A stretch of 54,287 bases of DNA, filler included, from Jimgerdemannia flammicorona (taxonomy: Eukaryota), in NCBI GenBank assembly GCA_003990765.1. It is 2 parts of 2 records of this genome, joined end to end, with 100 filler letters (N's around TTAATTAATTAA, not from the genome) between each part and the next. Parts side by side here need not be neighbours in the genome. Positions count along the whole stretch, not along the records: positions 27,201 to 54,287 come from RBNJ01000663.1; 1 more part is not named here. One strand, given 5' to 3'. Under the pieces are notes generated by a model that saw only the letters and a program-made list of their open reading frames with translations, was not told where the DNA came from and ran no database searches. The position numbers and the translations under genes are program-made. Positions 51,091 through 54,287 of this stretch are shown here, one piece after another; within the stretch, counting starts at the first letter, position 1, and each line of letters begins with the position of its first letter.

Positions 51091-54000
51091 GAACAACTTG
51101 GTATCTATTGGCTGGTGATTCAAGATGAATCCCTCACTTTCAAGCTGAAAAATGAACAACTACCAAAACAACTATCCTGACTATAAGAGTCACCCCTTCA
51201 AGAATTCAAGATAAGATAGAAATGTATCCCCCCACATTCTATGGATATACTACTGAAGAGTCAATCCTGACCTTCATTGAAGACTTTGAACAATTTTCCA
51301 CTATATGAGTCCTCAATGTAAATGCACAATTGGCCCTTCTACCAGTCAGCCTCAGAGGACCTATCAGAGATAAGTTTAATGCAGCCACCATTGCTGATAC
51401 TGGTGCAGCCAGACTTGTCAACATAAAGACCTTCCTTAGAACTACATACTATACTGAAGAGATTAAGCAAGCTCTCAAGGATCAACTCAATACTATCTGC
51501 CAGAGACTTAGTGAAGACCTCAACTCAATCTATACTCAAATCTGCCACAAGATTGTCTTGGCTGGCTATCAAGGAATAAATAGCAGATTCAACCTTTCTC
51601 AAAGAAGTTCACTCTAAAATTGCCCTAGCAATCTGGTCTATCCCAGCTGCACTAACCCTTAATCAGAAAGTGGTCTTTATACAGAGATATTGGACTGCCA
51701 GACACCCTGCTGAACACTCAATAGAGAAAATAACTGGCATCAAGATGGAGCCATCAAAGCCAACTAGTATCATACTCACTACAGTTATAAACAGACAACC
51801 ATTCCCACCTACCCCCAAGGTAGCCAAAGCTGACCCAGTAGAGGAACTCACTAAGTAGTTTACCAAGATGACTGCACACCTTGGTGATATTGTTAGAGAA
51901 GTCCAAAGCATCAACAGCAGACCAGTGCAGAGATTTACAGCTACTACAGAAGAACATAATATCATATACTTTAGATATGGAGAAGAAGGTTACTATACAA
52001 AGAGTTGCATGACCAAAACAAGACACAAAGCCCAACCAAGTAATGCTATCAGAACTAGAGAACAAACCAATGCAGTAGTCATTGAGGAGATTGGTGACAC
52101 TGATGATGAAGAATACTATAAAGAGCTCGAATTCTACCCTGTGACTGAAGGTACCAGAACCTGGTCCTAGCCCTATGACAAGAAGAGCAACAGCAAGCCA
52201 GTTGGAAGATCAAAGAAGACCCCAGATATCACTATTCAAAGCAAGACCCAATCTGAGGAGATTGATCAAGACATGGAGTTAGATAAAGCTGTCTACCAAA
52301 TCATTGATGGCACTACTTCAGTCTTAGGAGAAAGTGAAAGCAAGAAGGAACAGAAGCTGTGCAAGACCAAGGAACAGAATGTCAATGCTACTTTTGGACA
52401 GCTAGCCAAAGTCCCTGCCTTCAGACAGCAGTTAAGAGTAGAACTTGCAACTACTGCTAAGAATCAAGAGTACAAGATTGTAGAAGCTCACAATGCACAA
52501 GAAAATGATCAAGAAGACTCAGGTGAAGAATCTGAAGACCAGTACAAAACATCAGCCTATATCCCATGTCAGATTGAAGATTGTATCTTTGATGTCATCA
52601 TTGATACCAGTGCTAGAGAATGCCTCATGAGCAAGAAGGCAATTGACTGACTAGGTTGGGACATTGAAGAGTCCACCAAGATGGTCTATGTTATAGTAGA
52701 TAGTATATGAGCTACCCCCCTTGGCAAAATCCAAGAAGTCTCCATCAAGATAGGAGGAGCTACCATCCCAGTAGACATGATTGTTACAAGTGCCACCAAC
52801 TATGACATCCTCATTGGCAACTAATGGCTTCACAAGGCCAAGGCCATCATTGACCTCAATGCCCAGAAGATGCAGATCAACTATAGAGGAAGAAAGGTAT
52901 GAGTCTCTATTAATGTCTACAAAGGAGTCCTACCAGACATGGAGGAAGGAGATAAAGAGGATATAGAAGTCTTCATGCACTTGATGAACAAGAACAAGAT
53001 CAAGACACCCAAGCTCACAGATGAGCAATAGTACAACAAGATCATCGATGGCTATGCCCCTCAAGGAAGATGCCCCCATAGTACTAGGATGTACTGCTCT
53101 GAACACCTGAATGACTGCTGGTCCTGTATCAGTGAAGTCAGGAAAATCCACCAACAGAAACATGAGTAAGAAGCTGCTGAAACAAAAAGGAATGCTGAAG
53201 AAGATGACCAACCCCCCAAGCTTCAAGCTGACAGTAATGATGAGGAGGAATAAGAACCAGACATCACCCTAAAGGTTAAGAAGTTTCACCCTGAAGCCAA
53301 GATCCCAGAATACAAAACTGAAGGAGCCATAAGAATAGACCTTGCTAGCATTCAAGATGCTACTCTCAAACCACAGACCAACACCCTACTTGGCACCATA
53401 ATTGGAGTCAAGTTGCTAGAGAACCATGCTGGAATTATCAAGACTAGGAGCAGTCTGGCCAAAAGTGAAATCTCAGTTGAAGGAAGAGTAATTGACCTAG
53501 ATTATACTGATGAGATCTTCCTCATAGTCAGGAATCACAACCCCACCACCCCATTTGAAGTTACGAAGTATGACAGGATTGGCCAGATGCTGATCCATGA
53601 AATCAAGAAGTCTAAGATCACTGAAGCCATTGAACTCATCAAGACCAAGAGAGGAGAACAAGACTTTGGATCTACTGGAAGAGGAGCCTATGTTGCCACC
53701 AAGATTACTGAACTTGAATATAAGAAAGACAGAGACCAGAATAAGCACACATATACCATTGTAGAAAACTTTCCTCTGAAAGAACAACTTCTCAAGATCC
53801 TGCACCAGAACAAAGGAGTACTTACTATAGACTTCAGAGATATCCACAATCAAGAACCCAAGTATTATCATGAAGTTGACACTGGCAATACCAAGTCCAT
53901 CTACCAGAAAGCCAAACCTATACCACTTGTCTACAGAGAATGGCTGTGAGCAGAACTCAAGGAAATAGAAAAAGCCAGAATCATCAAGCAAGCTATCAGT

Positions 54001-54150
54001 CTCTGGGCTTCACACATTGTTCTCACCCCAAAGAAAGGAAGTAAGCCTGGAGAGTTTGCCCCAAGACTCTGCATTGACTACAGGAAGCTCAATGCAATCA
54101 CTAAGAAGAATAGGCAGCCCTTGCCAAATATACAAGAAATCCTTACCACC
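51091..54150 (+). mobile_element. Ty3/Gypsy family B internal fragment: PBS-gag-ZnK-PR-dUTPase-RT(N-term)
   Basis: Inverted homologue of 33533-35720. Protease DVIIDTSAREC about 52590-52625, RT start HEVDTGNTKSIYQK..SLWASHIVLTPKK..RLCIDYRKLNAITKK, truncated at about 54150. Confidence 0.9.
53254..53690 (+). pseudogene. dUTPase domain of Gypsy family B, between PR and RT
   Basis: LKVKKFHPEAKIPEY..IDLAS..IKTRSSLA..GRVIDLDYTDEI..KYDRIGQM..RGEQDFGSTG gives motifs 1-5. Confidence 0.88.
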
Positions 54151-54188
54151 CTTTCAATGTTTCTATACAATCAATGTTTAAACCTGAA

Positions 54189-54219
<31 letters not shown>

Positions 54220-54287
54220 TTATTTGGGAAGTCTGAAAAAGGAAAGAGGTACAAAAAAGGGAAAGGGCTATAAAGTCCAGCCAAAAT

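Overview
Eukaryotic, intron-containing fungal DNA. Gene content and repeat families fit an early-diverging fungus such as Mucoromycota, which is an inference. The window has three zones. (1) 1-12.8 kb is a compact CpG-rich gene block: RRP1/Nop52 with an RRP1B-like tail, a Tim17-family-like membrane protein head-to-head with PAF1, GTP cyclohydrolase I, a stand-alone MaoC/enoyl-CoA hydratase 2 and an orphan gene. (2) About 12.9-41.6 kb is a nested, CpG-depleted transposon island. It holds a complete dUTPase-bearing chromovirus (with a hAT foldback MITE and a satellite-tailed retroposon inside it), a second Ty3/Gypsy element with 1.6-kb LTRs interrupted by two L1-type LINEs and an assembly gap, and two giant solo-LTR-like units. 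(3) 41.7-54.3 kb has tandem BTB-SPRY paralogues, MYND-finger and kinase pseudogenes, and another copy of the second Gypsy family carrying a dUTPase. The main finding is that three LTR families with no evident DNA similarity (1.6-2.4 kb) each carry a roughly 280-365 codon ORF in U3, upstream of the TATA box. These ORFs appear homologous by eye and define a candidate LTR-encoded accessory protein family. All alignments were made by eye; no searches were run.
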